A stretch of 64,000 nucleotides of DNA from Candidatus Sumerlaeales bacterium (lineage in GTDB: Bacteria; Sumerlaeota; Sumerlaeia; Sumerlaeales; Sumerlaeaceae): NCBI GenBank assembly GCA_038243585.1, contig JBBSQY010000009.1:1-64000 (forward strand), written 5' to 3'. This document shows, in pieces, positions 1 through 9,246 of this stretch. How positions within the stretch are numbered: position 1 is the stretch's first letter; every line of letters starts with the position of its first letter. A model generated the notes under the pieces. The model did no database searches. It was not told where the DNA came from and worked only from the letters and a program-made list of their open reading frames with translations. A program made the position numbers and the translations under genes.

Positions 1-119
1 CCGACGCTACCCGCGCAAATCCCACAGTCGCCATCGTAAAAAAGTATGGGGCCGGGCGGAGGAACTGTCAAGTCTTCATGCGGGGGTGAGTGCATGGGTA
101 AGGGCTTAATGCTCTGCTT

Positions 120-722
120 TTAGATCGGCGCCGTTGTCGCGTTGTCGGCGGTTTCTGTATTGCGAAATGTTACGCTGTTGAGGGTGATAAGGGGGCGGAC
201 TCCACCTACGGTGTCCTTAAAGTATGATAGGATGATTTTGTAGTTTCCAGGTCCGATATCGTAAGTGTCCTTTAAGGTTTGTTTGCCGTCAATGGGACGA
301 GGTTCCTTGAGAAAAGTGCGATACTTTCCGGATGTGCTGGTTAGTTGAATCGTTACCAGGGGCACAGCGCCTTTAATGTTCTGACCCTCGATGTCGGTTT
401 CAATCATTGTGACCGAGGTTTGAAGGTCTATGGGAGCGCTGGCCGTGAAATAGTGAGCAACGGCGAAGGCGTCGCCTTTGCTGTTCTGAGTTTCCGTGGT
501 GCCCTCAATTTTAAACGCTGAACCTTTGACTACCGCCACGACGTCGGAGGGCAGTGCCGGGGCGGACTCGGGGGTTGCGTTCGTGGCGGCTGTTGCTTCG
601 GCGGGAGCTTCGTCTGCGGAGATTTCCCAAGCGTCGGCCTCGTCTGCCGGAATTCGTTCTTGTGCACATCCGGTCGCCAACAAGGCAGCTCCCACGATGC
701 AAAAGGTTTTTCCTAGTTTCAT
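120..722 (-). CDS. Hypothetical lipoprotein
   Basis: N-terminal signal with lipobox LATGC, Ala/Thr/Pro linker, then a globular domain; start overlaps the stop of the upstream acyltransferase (719-722). Confidence 0.75.
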   Translation of the reverse strand: MKLGKTFCIVGAALLATGCAQERIPADEADAWEISADEAPAEATAATNATPESAPALPSDVVAVVKGSAFKIEGTTETQNSKGDAFAVAHYFTASAPIDLQTSVTMIETDIEGQNIKGAVPLVTIQLTSTSGKYRTFLKEPRPIDGKQTLKDTYDIGPGNYKIILSYFKDTVGGVRPLITLNSVTFRNTETADNATTAPI

Positions 723-1399
723 TTGGTTATGTCTTTCAAAAAATTACTATTTCCATAGGGTGCAGTCAGCCCGTCGTAAGGGCAAATTAATTCTTCGATT
801 CTGCCGATAGCCTTTGCCGGCGACCCTGCCACCACCGCGCCCGGTTCCACGTCTCGCGTCACTACAGCTCCGGCGCCTACCAGCGCGTTTTCACCAATAA
901 CAACGCCGGGCAGCAGCGTTGCATTCGCCCCAATTTTTGCGCCCTTCCGGATTGTGACGCCGGCCAGGCAGTTTGGCAGATTGGCGCAGCGGGGGTGAGG
1001 GGCGTTTGTGAGCACGACTCGCGGACCTATCCAGCAGTCGTCTTCCAGAACGCAGAACTCGGGAATGAAAGCGCCGGAGTGGATCCGGACGCGGTGGCCA
1101 ATTTGCACGTGGTGCTCCACAATGGAATGGCTACCGATGCTTACGTCGTCGCCTATGATGGTGAAGGCGCGGACCAAGGCTCCGTGGCCGGTTTGGAAAC
1201 GTTGCCCGGCAACGACTCCGGCGTAGATGACGGTGTGAGACCGGATTATGGCGTTGGATCCTATGGTGGTATCGGGGGTTACCGTGGTGGGGTCGGATGA
1301 GTCGCCGGAAAGTTCTCCGATGATAACGAAATCGCCCACCTGAGATTGTTCGCCGAGGGATACGGCGGGATGGATGCGGGCTGTGGGGGCAATGAGCAT
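719..1399 (-). CDS. Hexapeptide-repeat (left-handed beta-helix) sugar N/O-acyltransferase, WbpD/WxcM-like
   Basis: Repeated [IV]GxxxxIG hexapeptides; WIGPRVVLTN, GANATLLPGVVIGENALVGAGAVVTRDV, GSPAK. Confidence 0.85.
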   Translation of the reverse strand: MLIAPTARIHPAVSLGEQSQVGDFVIIGELSGDSSDPTTVTPDTTIGSNAIIRSHTVIYAGVVAGQRFQTGHGALVRAFTIIGDDVSIGSHSIVEHHVQIGHRVRIHSGAFIPEFCVLEDDCWIGPRVVLTNAPHPRCANLPNCLAGVTIRKGAKIGANATLLPGVVIGENALVGAGAVVTRDVEPGAVVAGSPAKAIGRIEELICPYDGLTAPYGNSNFLKDITK

Positions 1400-1404
1400 T
1401 TCAA

Positions 1405-1410
1405 ATTATA
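1405..1410 (-). promoter_or_regulatory. Consensus -10 box TATAAT 5 nt upstream of the ATG (probable leaderless start)
   Basis: Minus strand reads TATAAT-ttgaa-ATG with no SD. Confidence 0.5.
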
Positions 1411-1466
1411 TGGCGGGCGTGGAGCAGGGATGGCAATGTTTTTCGGTTGCCGAGAGGTGCCGGGGT

Positions 1467-1570
1467 TTATGGACGTTATGGAACGAATGGACAGCATAGA
1501 CATTATTGACGTTGTGAACATAATCGCGATGCGCTTTATTAAGTCCATAAGGTCCATCAGGCCTATAACG
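1467..1570. repeat. Imperfect inverted repeat built of 9-bp periodic units (ATGGACnnn)
   Basis: + strand: atggacgtt atggaacga atggacagc atagacatt attgacgtt gtgaacata; central palindrome atcgcgat; - strand: ataggcctg atggacctt atggactta. Confidence 0.7.
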
Positions 1571-1595
1571 TTTTCTTTCCGGAGGTTTCGCTTTC

Positions 1596-2543
1596 ATGAG
1601 CAACATATTTACTGGTCGTATTGGGGTTATCGGCTCAGGGGCGCTGGGGGCGTTTTATGGCGCGCGGCTGGCTCGAGCGGGGCATGATGTTCATTTCCTG
1701 ATGCGGAGTGATTATGAGGCGGTAAAGCGTGAGGGGTTGTTTGTGAAGTCGTTTGAGGGTGACTTCCATATCCGTCCGCAAGTCTATCCATCTGCCGCGG
1801 AAATTGGGCTGTGTGACCTAGTAATTGTGGGGTTGAAATCCACTTCGAATGATGCTTTGCCGGAGTTGTTGGCGGACGTCGCGGGACCGGAAACGGTGGT
1901 TTTGACACTGCAGAACGGTTTGGGAAATGAAGAAGCTGTCGCCGACGTGCTGGCTTTCACAGGACCCGACGCGGCAAGCCGGGTTTTGGGAGGAATCGCG
2001 TTCTTGTGCAGCAATCGCACAGGGCCCGGACAAATACACCACATGGATCATGGCTGGATCCGCATGGGAGAATTCGGAAGCGCGGTTTCAGAAAGAACCC
2101 ATGCCATCGCTGGGTTGCTTCAATCCGCCGATATCCGCTGCGAGGTGTATGATAATCTTTTGCAGGCGCGTTGGGAAAAGCTGGTTTGGAATATTCCTTT
2201 TAACGGCCTTGGAGTGGCTGCGCGGGCTAACGTGGCGGAGGTTTTAAACACGCCGGAACTGCGAGGGCTGGCGGAGAATCTTATGGTTGAAACCGTAAAA
2301 GCGGCTCAGGCAACCGGCGTCCCTGTTGATGATTCGTTGCCAGCAAAAATGCTTAATAACTCTGAAAGCATGGGCCCTTATCGCAGCAGTATGCAGGTGG
2401 ATTTTGAAATCGGGAACAGCCTGGAAGTGGAGTCAATCATCGGCGAGCCTGTTCGCCGGGCCCTGGCTGCGGGATGCGACGTGCCGCACATGGCTATGCT
2501 TTACGCGCTGGTGAAGAGGCTGGGTGAAAAAGAAACCGTCTGA
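1596..2543 (+). CDS. panE: 2-dehydropantoate 2-reductase (ketopantoate reductase)
   Basis: GSGALG Rossmann motif, LTLQNGLG, RWEKLVWN, SSMQVD, LEVESIIG; GGAGG SD upstream. Confidence 0.9.
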   Translation: MSNIFTGRIGVIGSGALGAFYGARLARAGHDVHFLMRSDYEAVKREGLFVKSFEGDFHIRPQVYPSAAEIGLCDLVIVGLKSTSNDALPELLADVAGPETVVLTLQNGLGNEEAVADVLAFTGPDAASRVLGGIAFLCSNRTGPGQIHHMDHGWIRMGEFGSAVSERTHAIAGLLQSADIRCEVYDNLLQARWEKLVWNIPFNGLGVAARANVAEVLNTPELRGLAENLMVETVKAAQATGVPVDDSLPAKMLNNSESMGPYRSSMQVDFEIGNSLEVESIIGEPVRRALAAGCDVPHMAMLYALVKRLGEKETV

Positions 2544-2552
2544 GAGAGTTGT

Positions 2553-3359
2553 TTAGACGGAGAAGCTGCGGAATCTGAAAACCAGTGCGCTGACTATCCA
2601 AGCCCCCAAACCGATCCCCGCGAGCACTCCGATGTTGGTCGTGGATGTCTGGTTAAGCATGAGAATGTTTGTGGGCTGATAGAAACGGAACAGGGAATAG
2701 TTGCTCATCCCGCCTCCGCCGTACCAGATTTGTGCGAGGAAGTTCCATACATACATCATCAGCACGAACGTAAGGCACCAGCCGACGGCGTCGCCCCGTA
2801 TGATAAGCACGGTGCTGATAAGGGCGGAAATTCCCGTGAAGGCGAACACGAGAGCGGCAAGGTTGAGGGCGGTGCTGAAGAGTCCTGACTGGTTCAGTGA
2901 GGCGGTGAGGCCTGTCCATTCGGCTCCGGCCAGACAACCGGCCAGGGCGCTAGTCACAGCAAGGGCACACCAGGAGAGCACAACTATTGCCACGGCAGCA
3001 ACTATTTGCAGCCGTCCAACGGGGCGGCTCAGTACGAGGGCGATTCTGCGGTTTTCCACGTCGCCAGTTAGCCAGCCGGTCAGCAGGGCGACAGGCAGGG
3101 CCAGCAGCACGGTCAACAGGAATGGGTGCTGGAAGCAGATGGAAAGGAATCCGTTAAGTTCCGTCATGGATGAGGGGCCAATGTTAAAGGCAGACTGCAC
3201 CCATTTGGGCATTACCTGGGAAAGGGGACCACCGCCGCCCTGTTGTTGAATCTGACTGAACACGCGGCAGGCAATCATCTCGAAGCCAAAGGCGGCGATG
3301 CACGCCAGGAGGCCGAGCAGCCATGACCGACGGAAATAGTCGCGCAGCAAAGCACTCAT
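2553..3359 (-). CDS. ABC-2 type exporter permease
   Basis: About six hydrophobic segments; GDVENRRIALVLSRPVGR matches the ABC-2 E..G...LS.PV.R motif; coupled to the ATPase. Confidence 0.85.
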   Translation of the reverse strand: MSALLRDYFRRSWLLGLLACIAAFGFEMIACRVFSQIQQQGGGGPLSQVMPKWVQSAFNIGPSSMTELNGFLSICFQHPFLLTVLLALPVALLTGWLTGDVENRRIALVLSRPVGRLQIVAAVAIVVLSWCALAVTSALAGCLAGAEWTGLTASLNQSGLFSTALNLAALVFAFTGISALISTVLIIRGDAVGWCLTFVLMMYVWNFLAQIWYGGGGMSNYSLFRFYQPTNILMLNQTSTTNIGVLAGIGLGAWIVSALVFRFRSFSV

Positions 3360-4303
3360 TTGATGGCCCCCGGTCCTTTAAGTGATCTGATGTGTACGCC
3401 GTAGAGTTTCAGAAAGGATTCTTCAAGGGCGGGTTCAAATCGGAAATCGACGGGGTTCATGCGCGCCAGCTCGTGCAGCAATCTTTGGCTGTCGCTGGCG
3501 GGCACCAGATACAGCAGCCATCCGCCGGAATCGTGACGAATGAAGCGAGCGCCTTCGATGGTGGGCACGGTCAGTGCGCACGCTTCTCCAGAGTCTTTTT
3601 CCACGGGGGAAAGCTTAATCCACAGCAGGCGATCCGCCTGGGCGGCCATCTCGACCATGGTGGAATTCAAGACCAGTTTACCGTCGCGCAGCACGGCCAC
3701 TCGGTCGCACAGTCGCTGGACCTCGCTGAGTACATGGGATGAGAAAAACACGGTGCGTCCCTGGTCGCGCAGATCATGGAGCACATCAAAGAACGCTTCC
3801 TGAGACAGAGGGTCGAGACCGCTGGTAGGTTCGTCGAGAATAATAAGTTCTGGATTATGCTGCAGGGCCTGCACGAGGGCAATCTTTTGCTTGGTGCCTC
3901 GGGACAGAGTGCGGATTGGGCGACGGAGGTCGGTGTCCAGGAGGTGGAGCTGGCTGCACAGCCAATCGCGATTTTTTGCGGGGCGTCCGCTCAGGCGTTC
4001 GTAGAAAAGGAGAGCTTTTTTGCCGGTCATATTTTCCGGCAACGACGCCTCTCCCGGCACGTAGCCGATGCCAGCCCGCATGGCGGAGCCGCCGGGCGTG
4101 ACCTTTTTACCAAACAATTTCACATGGCCGCGGTCTGGACGGATAAGCCCAAGCATCAGGCGAATTGTAGTCGTTTTGCCTGAGCCGTTAGGGCCCAGGT
4201 AACCAAAAATTTCGCCGCTATCAACTCGCAGGTCCAGATTGTTTATGCCTTGGTGCGCGTTGTACAGCCGGGTCAGGCCCGTTGCTTCGATCACAGAAAC
4301 CAT
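3356..4303 (-). CDS. ABC transporter ATP-binding protein
   Basis: Walker A GPNGSGKTT, signature LSRG, Walker B IILDEPTSGLDP, H-loop SSH. Confidence 0.95.
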   Translation of the reverse strand: MVSVIEATGLTRLYNAHQGINNLDLRVDSGEIFGYLGPNGSGKTTTIRLMLGLIRPDRGHVKLFGKKVTPGGSAMRAGIGYVPGEASLPENMTGKKALLFYERLSGRPAKNRDWLCSQLHLLDTDLRRPIRTLSRGTKQKIALVQALQHNPELIILDEPTSGLDPLSQEAFFDVLHDLRDQGRTVFFSSHVLSEVQRLCDRVAVLRDGKLVLNSTMVEMAAQADRLLWIKLSPVEKDSGEACALTVPTIEGARFIRHDSGGWLLYLVPASDSQRLLHELARMNPVDFRFEPALEESFLKLYGVHIRSLKGPGAIK

Positions 4304-4448
4304 GGGTTTGGATTATTGCCGGGGAGACTGGATAATCATTTGCGGTGTCGGGTGAGTAAATAATATGTGCCCAATGGACTTTTTAAATCCATTGGGCACA
4401 TTAGATATTACGCATGTTTCAATGTTGATGAGTATCCGTTTGTGCGGA

Positions 4449-6131
4449 CTACTCTTTTGACAGGGCTTCCAGTAGCGTCTTTCGGGTTGCACGAAAGGCT
4501 TCGACATCGGTATTGTATTTATCGAAATCGAGGACGTGCTTTTTGGCAAGTTCCATGGCTGCTTCGGGGTTCTTCTCGCCCAGCTGACTTAGAAGTTCGT
4601 GATCCTCGATACCGTCGCGCATGGCTTCCCACCGGATGGATTCTACGATGCCCAGGCTGTCTTTTGCCGGATAGACGATGTGAGTGTCACCGCCGGGCAA
4701 CTTGCTGCCGTCTGCTGTATTGTCCCATGGATGTGGGCGCCAGAAGTTATATCCCCAGTGGAGATAGCCATCGATGTCATACCGGTAGTTAATCCAGTGG
4801 AGCAGCCTTGTTTTTATCAGGGGCAGGTCGATAAACCGGTTTGCATATTCACCCTGGGGCTGAACGCAGGTGTAGAACCAGACTTTTTCTCCGGCAGCTT
4901 TGCGTTCCTGGTAAAATTTGAAGTCCTGTCCAAGGTGCTCGACCGTCGGAACCCATATATCAATGGCGCCAACCATATTGTGGGCCAGGCATGCTTCCAT
5001 AATAGGGATACCGGGGGCGTATTTCCGCAGAAGATTAGACGCGGTGGTATAGCTGTCTGCGTTTTTTACCACGGGTTCGTCACCTACGTGTTGCACGAAC
5101 TTATCCAGCCAGCCCTTCTCTGTAAGGTGCGCGTGAAACGCGGGGAAAAGTACAGAATAGAATTCTTCGGCTTCGGGGGAATCAACGGGCACGCGCCGGC
5201 CTTTGTAATCTATATCGTTTCCATCATGGATTTCTACGACATAAGGCTCTTCCCATTTGCCGCCGCGCCAGGCATATTGCAGACTTTCAATTTTTTCCAT
5301 ACCTTCGTCGACAAGCATTTGTACCCATTTGTCAAAGTTTGTGAAATCGATTTTCAGGTCTCCGTTGGCGGCGCTGCCAGTGTATTTCAGCAGCCAGAGG
5401 GTTTCTACACGAGCCCAGTTTTGCCGGTGCTCCGCCATGTTGCGAATGTAGGTGCGCATGACGTCCCACCATGCGGGAGAAAATTTTTCAGGCATGGGTT
5501 GATCGCCCCGGTGCCACATTTGAAACCAGTTTGTGACATTTAGTCGGGTTTTCGTAATGGTGGCCGGATAAACTTTAAGTTTCAGCGGAATTGTGGTGCT
5601 GGTATCCACACCGAAGAGCTTGGCCGTTAATACAGATGTCGCCATGTAATCGCCCGGCTCGGCGTCGATGGGAATATTAACGGTTATCCATACTGGCTGA
5701 TTTGATCCTGCGGCTACATAGGTGGATGTGGTTTCGAGCAGGGGGTCGGGATACATGGCCGGCGCGGGGCGAAGCTGATCGCTGGCCGGTTTGGAGCCGC
5801 TATAGCTTGAGGCGACGTAACCCACATATCGAACGTTAGTCTCGAGTAATTGGCCTGTTCCGGCGGTTTGAGTAAATGTCGTTACATCACAATGAAGGTC
5901 CTTCAGTTCTACCGGCGACGACGTGACCACCACCTGGAAAGTGGCATGTTCGCCTCGGGCTGCGTCCGCAGAGCCGTGTTTTTCGCCTGCGACCTTGTCA
6001 TCCTGGAACACCTTTATTAATGGGTCAATCGCCACAGCATGAAGTTTCAGCTTTGGTGCGGCAGATGCGCCGGGACAAATTAATAAGGAGGCAAATGCGC
6101 CAACCATTATTGTTATAAAACCTTGGTGCAT
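4449..6131 (-). CDS. Secreted glycoside hydrolase, GH123/DUF4091-like
   Basis: Signal peptide; YPDPL, QPVW, GDEP acidic pair, GYLHWGYN, C-terminal SIRWEAMRDGIEDHELL. Confidence 0.75.
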   Translation of the reverse strand: MHQGFITIMVGAFASLLICPGASAAPKLKLHAVAIDPLIKVFQDDKVAGEKHGSADAARGEHATFQVVVTSSPVELKDLHCDVTTFTQTAGTGQLLETNVRYVGYVASSYSGSKPASDQLRPAPAMYPDPLLETTSTYVAAGSNQPVWITVNIPIDAEPGDYMATSVLTAKLFGVDTSTTIPLKLKVYPATITKTRLNVTNWFQMWHRGDQPMPEKFSPAWWDVMRTYIRNMAEHRQNWARVETLWLLKYTGSAANGDLKIDFTNFDKWVQMLVDEGMEKIESLQYAWRGGKWEEPYVVEIHDGNDIDYKGRRVPVDSPEAEEFYSVLFPAFHAHLTEKGWLDKFVQHVGDEPVVKNADSYTTASNLLRKYAPGIPIMEACLAHNMVGAIDIWVPTVEHLGQDFKFYQERKAAGEKVWFYTCVQPQGEYANRFIDLPLIKTRLLHWINYRYDIDGYLHWGYNFWRPHPWDNTADGSKLPGGDTHIVYPAKDSLGIVESIRWEAMRDGIEDHELLSQLGEKNPEAAMELAKKHVLDFDKYNTDVEAFRATRKTLLEALSKE

Positions 6132-6250
6132 TTTTAAAAGCTCCTGTTATACGAAAATTGCTGAGTTACGTCCTGGGCGCCAATAACTTATTTGAGGTTC
6201 GTCCAGGTAAGCGCGTGTTTAAGACTTCTATATATTATAAGGCAATAAAA

Positions 6251-7372
6251 ATGGCTATCAAAGACGGGCTTTTTATTTCGGGTAAAGATGAGACTGCAAT
6301 TTCTGGCCTGATTCAGACGTCAGCGCCTGGTCGCATCTGCCTGTTTGGAGAACATCAGGATTACCTGAAGCTTCCGGTCATCGCTGCGGCTATCGATCTG
6401 CGCGTTGAGATCACGGCGTCGCCTCGAAGCGATCAATGGATGAGTGTCGCGTTGCCAGACGTAGGAGAGTCCCTCAAATTCGATCCTAACAAGCCGCAAG
6501 AATATCGGCATAGTCGGGATTATCTGCCGGCAGCGGCAAATGTGTTGCGTCGCGCCGGTCTGGGCTGGGCCCATGGATGGGATGTTATGGTGCGGGGTGC
6601 AATTCCAATTAACTCCGGCGCATCCAGTTCGTCGGCGCTGCAGGTGGCATGGTGTGCCTTCTTGATGGCTGCGGCCGGCGAGACCGTCCGCGCGTCTGAT
6701 CCCATGGAAGTCGCCCTTGCGGCGCATCAGTCGGAGGTTACTGAATTCGGGTCGCCGGGGGGGCAGATGGATCATTTCAGTTCCGCGTTCGGTGGTTTAA
6801 TCTGGCTTGATACGGCGACAAATGAAGTGCAAAGTTTAAAGCCACTGGCCTGTGAATTCGTACTGGTTGATTCAGGCATTCCTAAAGATACTAACGGGGT
6901 GCTGGGGGCGACGCGGCATGGGGTTGAGAACCTCGGAATCGACTTTAGCATAATTTCCGCAGACCTTCCTGAGGAGGCGATGGTCGGACTGGGTCGGACT
7001 GTCGAGGCGGAAACGCGCGACCTGCTTACAGGGACGCTTACTAATCGCAAATTGACAGTGAGCGGGAAGGCCCTTCTTAAGGGGCTCGTGGATTTGCCTG
7101 CGTTGGGAATTTTGCTGGATCAGCATCATCGGGCGCTAAGCGAACAGCTGGGCGTGTCTCATCCGGAAATTGACCGTATGCTTGATCATGGACGACTTGC
7201 CGGGGCCTTGGGCGGCAAGATCAATGGCTCGGGCGGCGGCGGGTCGTTTTTCATGCTGGCTTCCGGTTCCGGGCAGAGGTTGCGTGAGGAGTTTGAACGT
7301 ATGGGCATGCGGGCTTGGGTGGTAAAGGTGGGGGGCGGCGTAGAGGTAAAGTTGGGCGAGCTGGCGGAATGA
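6251..7372 (+). CDS. GHMP-family sugar kinase (galactokinase-like)
   Basis: APGRICLFGEHQDY, PINSGASSSSAL, GGQMDH, GGKINGSGGGG; ATG 6251 preferred over the upstream TTG. Confidence 0.85.
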   Translation: MAIKDGLFISGKDETAISGLIQTSAPGRICLFGEHQDYLKLPVIAAAIDLRVEITASPRSDQWMSVALPDVGESLKFDPNKPQEYRHSRDYLPAAANVLRRAGLGWAHGWDVMVRGAIPINSGASSSSALQVAWCAFLMAAAGETVRASDPMEVALAAHQSEVTEFGSPGGQMDHFSSAFGGLIWLDTATNEVQSLKPLACEFVLVDSGIPKDTNGVLGATRHGVENLGIDFSIISADLPEEAMVGLGRTVEAETRDLLTGTLTNRKLTVSGKALLKGLVDLPALGILLDQHHRALSEQLGVSHPEIDRMLDHGRLAGALGGKINGSGGGGSFFMLASGSGQRLREEFERMGMRAWVVKVGGGVEVKLGELAE

Positions 7373-7530
7373 CGCAAAAGGGGTAGTGTCAGTGTACTTG
7401 TCGGCTTGGCAGACCAGATCGGAAGAGCGGACCGCTGGGCGCGCAAACGGCGAGCCCTTGAACAATTTAGCCTTCGCCGGGTAAATCTGTATTCCGCAGG
7501 GGAAAACCACGTTTTATTTCAGGATGTAAT

Positions 7531-7869
7531 ATGGACGATTTAGAAGTAAAGATTCCGGGATTTTTTGATAACAATCCAGCTGACCTTATCCGGGAGCATC
7601 GCGAATATTATCTGATGGTTAACGCGATTTCAAAGCGCGTGCGTCAGTTGCAGCTGGGCGATCGCCCTCTTGCTTTGCCTGCGGACGGATCACGGGATCC
7701 TCTCTATATTGCTCAGGAAGAGTTTCTTCGTGATAAGCTGGTCATTACGCCTCGTTCGGTCGGACTTCACTTTTTGGAATTTGAAGAAGATCCTGGTCAG
7801 GATATGGATGCGTTGCTTGGGGTCGCAGAGGATGAAGTATCTTTCGGCTCTTCGGACGACGACGATTAA
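7531..7869 (+). CDS. rpoZ: RNA polymerase omega subunit with acidic C-terminal tail
   Basis: YLMVNAISKRVRQLQLG...PL...IAQEE is the omega core pattern; AGGA SD. Confidence 0.8.
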   Translation: MDDLEVKIPGFFDNNPADLIREHREYYLMVNAISKRVRQLQLGDRPLALPADGSRDPLYIAQEEFLRDKLVITPRSVGLHFLEFEEDPGQDMDALLGVAEDEVSFGSSDDDD

Positions 7870-7889
7870 TTTCAATCGCTACTTATTTT

Positions 7890-7920
7890 AAAAACCCGGC
7901 CCTTTCGGCCGGGTTTTTTT
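7890..7920 (+). terminator. Intrinsic terminator after rpoZ (possibly bidirectional)
   Basis: aaaaacccggcc-ctttc-ggccgggttttttt. Confidence 0.9.
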
Positions 7921-8013
7921 CTTTATCAGGTTCAGGGGTTTGGCGAAGCTATTCGGGATTAGTGCATATTCCTCTTGAACGCATTTTCCGAAGCGGAAAC
8001 TTTACCGATTAAT

Positions 8014-9246
8014 ATGTCCCGATCCCTAAGGTTTTTACAGATATCCGATCTGCATCTGGATTCCAGCCTGGCCAGCGGCCGGCTTGCGCTGCCTCGCGAA
8101 AAGCGTGAACGAATTAATCAGGATATGGTTCGCGCTCTTGTGCGGTCAGTCAACATGGCCATCGAGGCCGAGGTTGAAGTAATTCTCATACCCGGCGATG
8201 CGTGGGATGACGAATCGGTCAGCTTGTCGACCGCTGCTCAGTTTTTTGACGTGCTGGCCAAGGCAGCACCCATTCCCGTGATTATCGCACCCGGCAATCA
8301 TGATCCGTCCCATGTGTTCAGCTATTACAATCCCGCTTATTATCAGGATCGTACCGGGCATCCTCATCCAGCAAACGTACACATCTTCAGCAGTCCGCAG
8401 GTGACGGCGATGCGCGTTCCGGCGCTGCCAGGAGTCATCTTCTACGGTTGCTGTTTTACAGAAAACCGGCCTCGGCGCGAACGGATTCTGAAAGATGTAA
8501 AATGCGAGGACAATGCGGGCGATCTCCACGTAATGTTACTCCACGGAAGTCAGGACGACGCAATCCAGCCGGACCCGGACGCAATGGCCACTGCGCCGTT
8601 TTCTGCGGCAGAGCTACTGGCCTGTGGGTTTGACTATACGGCGCTCGGCCATTACCACCGGTACAGTGACATCCGTGATGATTCCGGGGCGATTCGCGCG
8701 GCTTATGGCGGAATTCCTGTGGCTCGAGGACTTGACGAAACAGGCGACCATTATGCACTTTTCGGAGAAATCGAAAAAGGCGGCGTGCGCGCCGATAGCG
8801 GGTTGATTGCGGAGTATGTGGATGTCCGCCATATAAAGAAAATCCAGGTTGAGATAGATCGCTCTGTAATCAGCGCCCACGAGCTGGAATCGCGAATCGG
8901 GGATGCGCTGCGCGATGCCGGCACAACGGCAGACGACATTGTCTATGTCTCGCTGGAAGGGTATACGCACCCGGATGTGGATAACTTTGTGGTCGATCCG
9001 CAGTGGCGGGAGAACCAGTGTTTCCACCTGGTGGTTGATCAGTCGGCGCTGGTCCCGGATTACGAAGAGTTTGCATCGGGCGCGGATGCGGACAAACACG
9101 TGGAGGGCCGGTTTAACCAGCGAATGCTTGAGCTGCTGGAACAGGCAGGAGACGATGAGGAGAAAAAGCGTCTGGCGCGTCTGGCGCGAAGCATCGGTCT
9201 GGATGCTCTTCGGGGCCGGGAGGTAAAACCGCGTAATGTTTATTAA
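8014..9246 (+). CDS. SbcD/Mre11-like (YhaO-type) metallophosphoesterase nuclease
   Basis: SDLHL, PGDAWD, PGNHD, LLHG, ALGHYH; start uncertain (7975 TTG or 8014 ATG). Confidence 0.85.
   Translation: MSRSLRFLQISDLHLDSSLASGRLALPREKRERINQDMVRALVRSVNMAIEAEVEVILIPGDAWDDESVSLSTAAQFFDVLAKAAPIPVIIAPGNHDPSHVFSYYNPAYYQDRTGHPHPANVHIFSSPQVTAMRVPALPGVIFYGCCFTENRPRRERILKDVKCEDNAGDLHVMLLHGSQDDAIQPDPDAMATAPFSAAELLACGFDYTALGHYHRYSDIRDDSGAIRAAYGGIPVARGLDETGDHYALFGEIEKGGVRADSGLIAEYVDVRHIKKIQVEIDRSVISAHELESRIGDALRDAGTTADDIVYVSLEGYTHPDVDNFVVDPQWRENQCFHLVVDQSALVPDYEEFASGADADKHVEGRFNQRMLELLEQAGDDEEKKRLARLARSIGLDALRGREVKPRNVY

Noticed and set aside
1..34. Possible 5' end of a minus-strand gene (MATVGFARVAS...)
   Set aside because: Only 11 codons visible and no SD; cannot be supported
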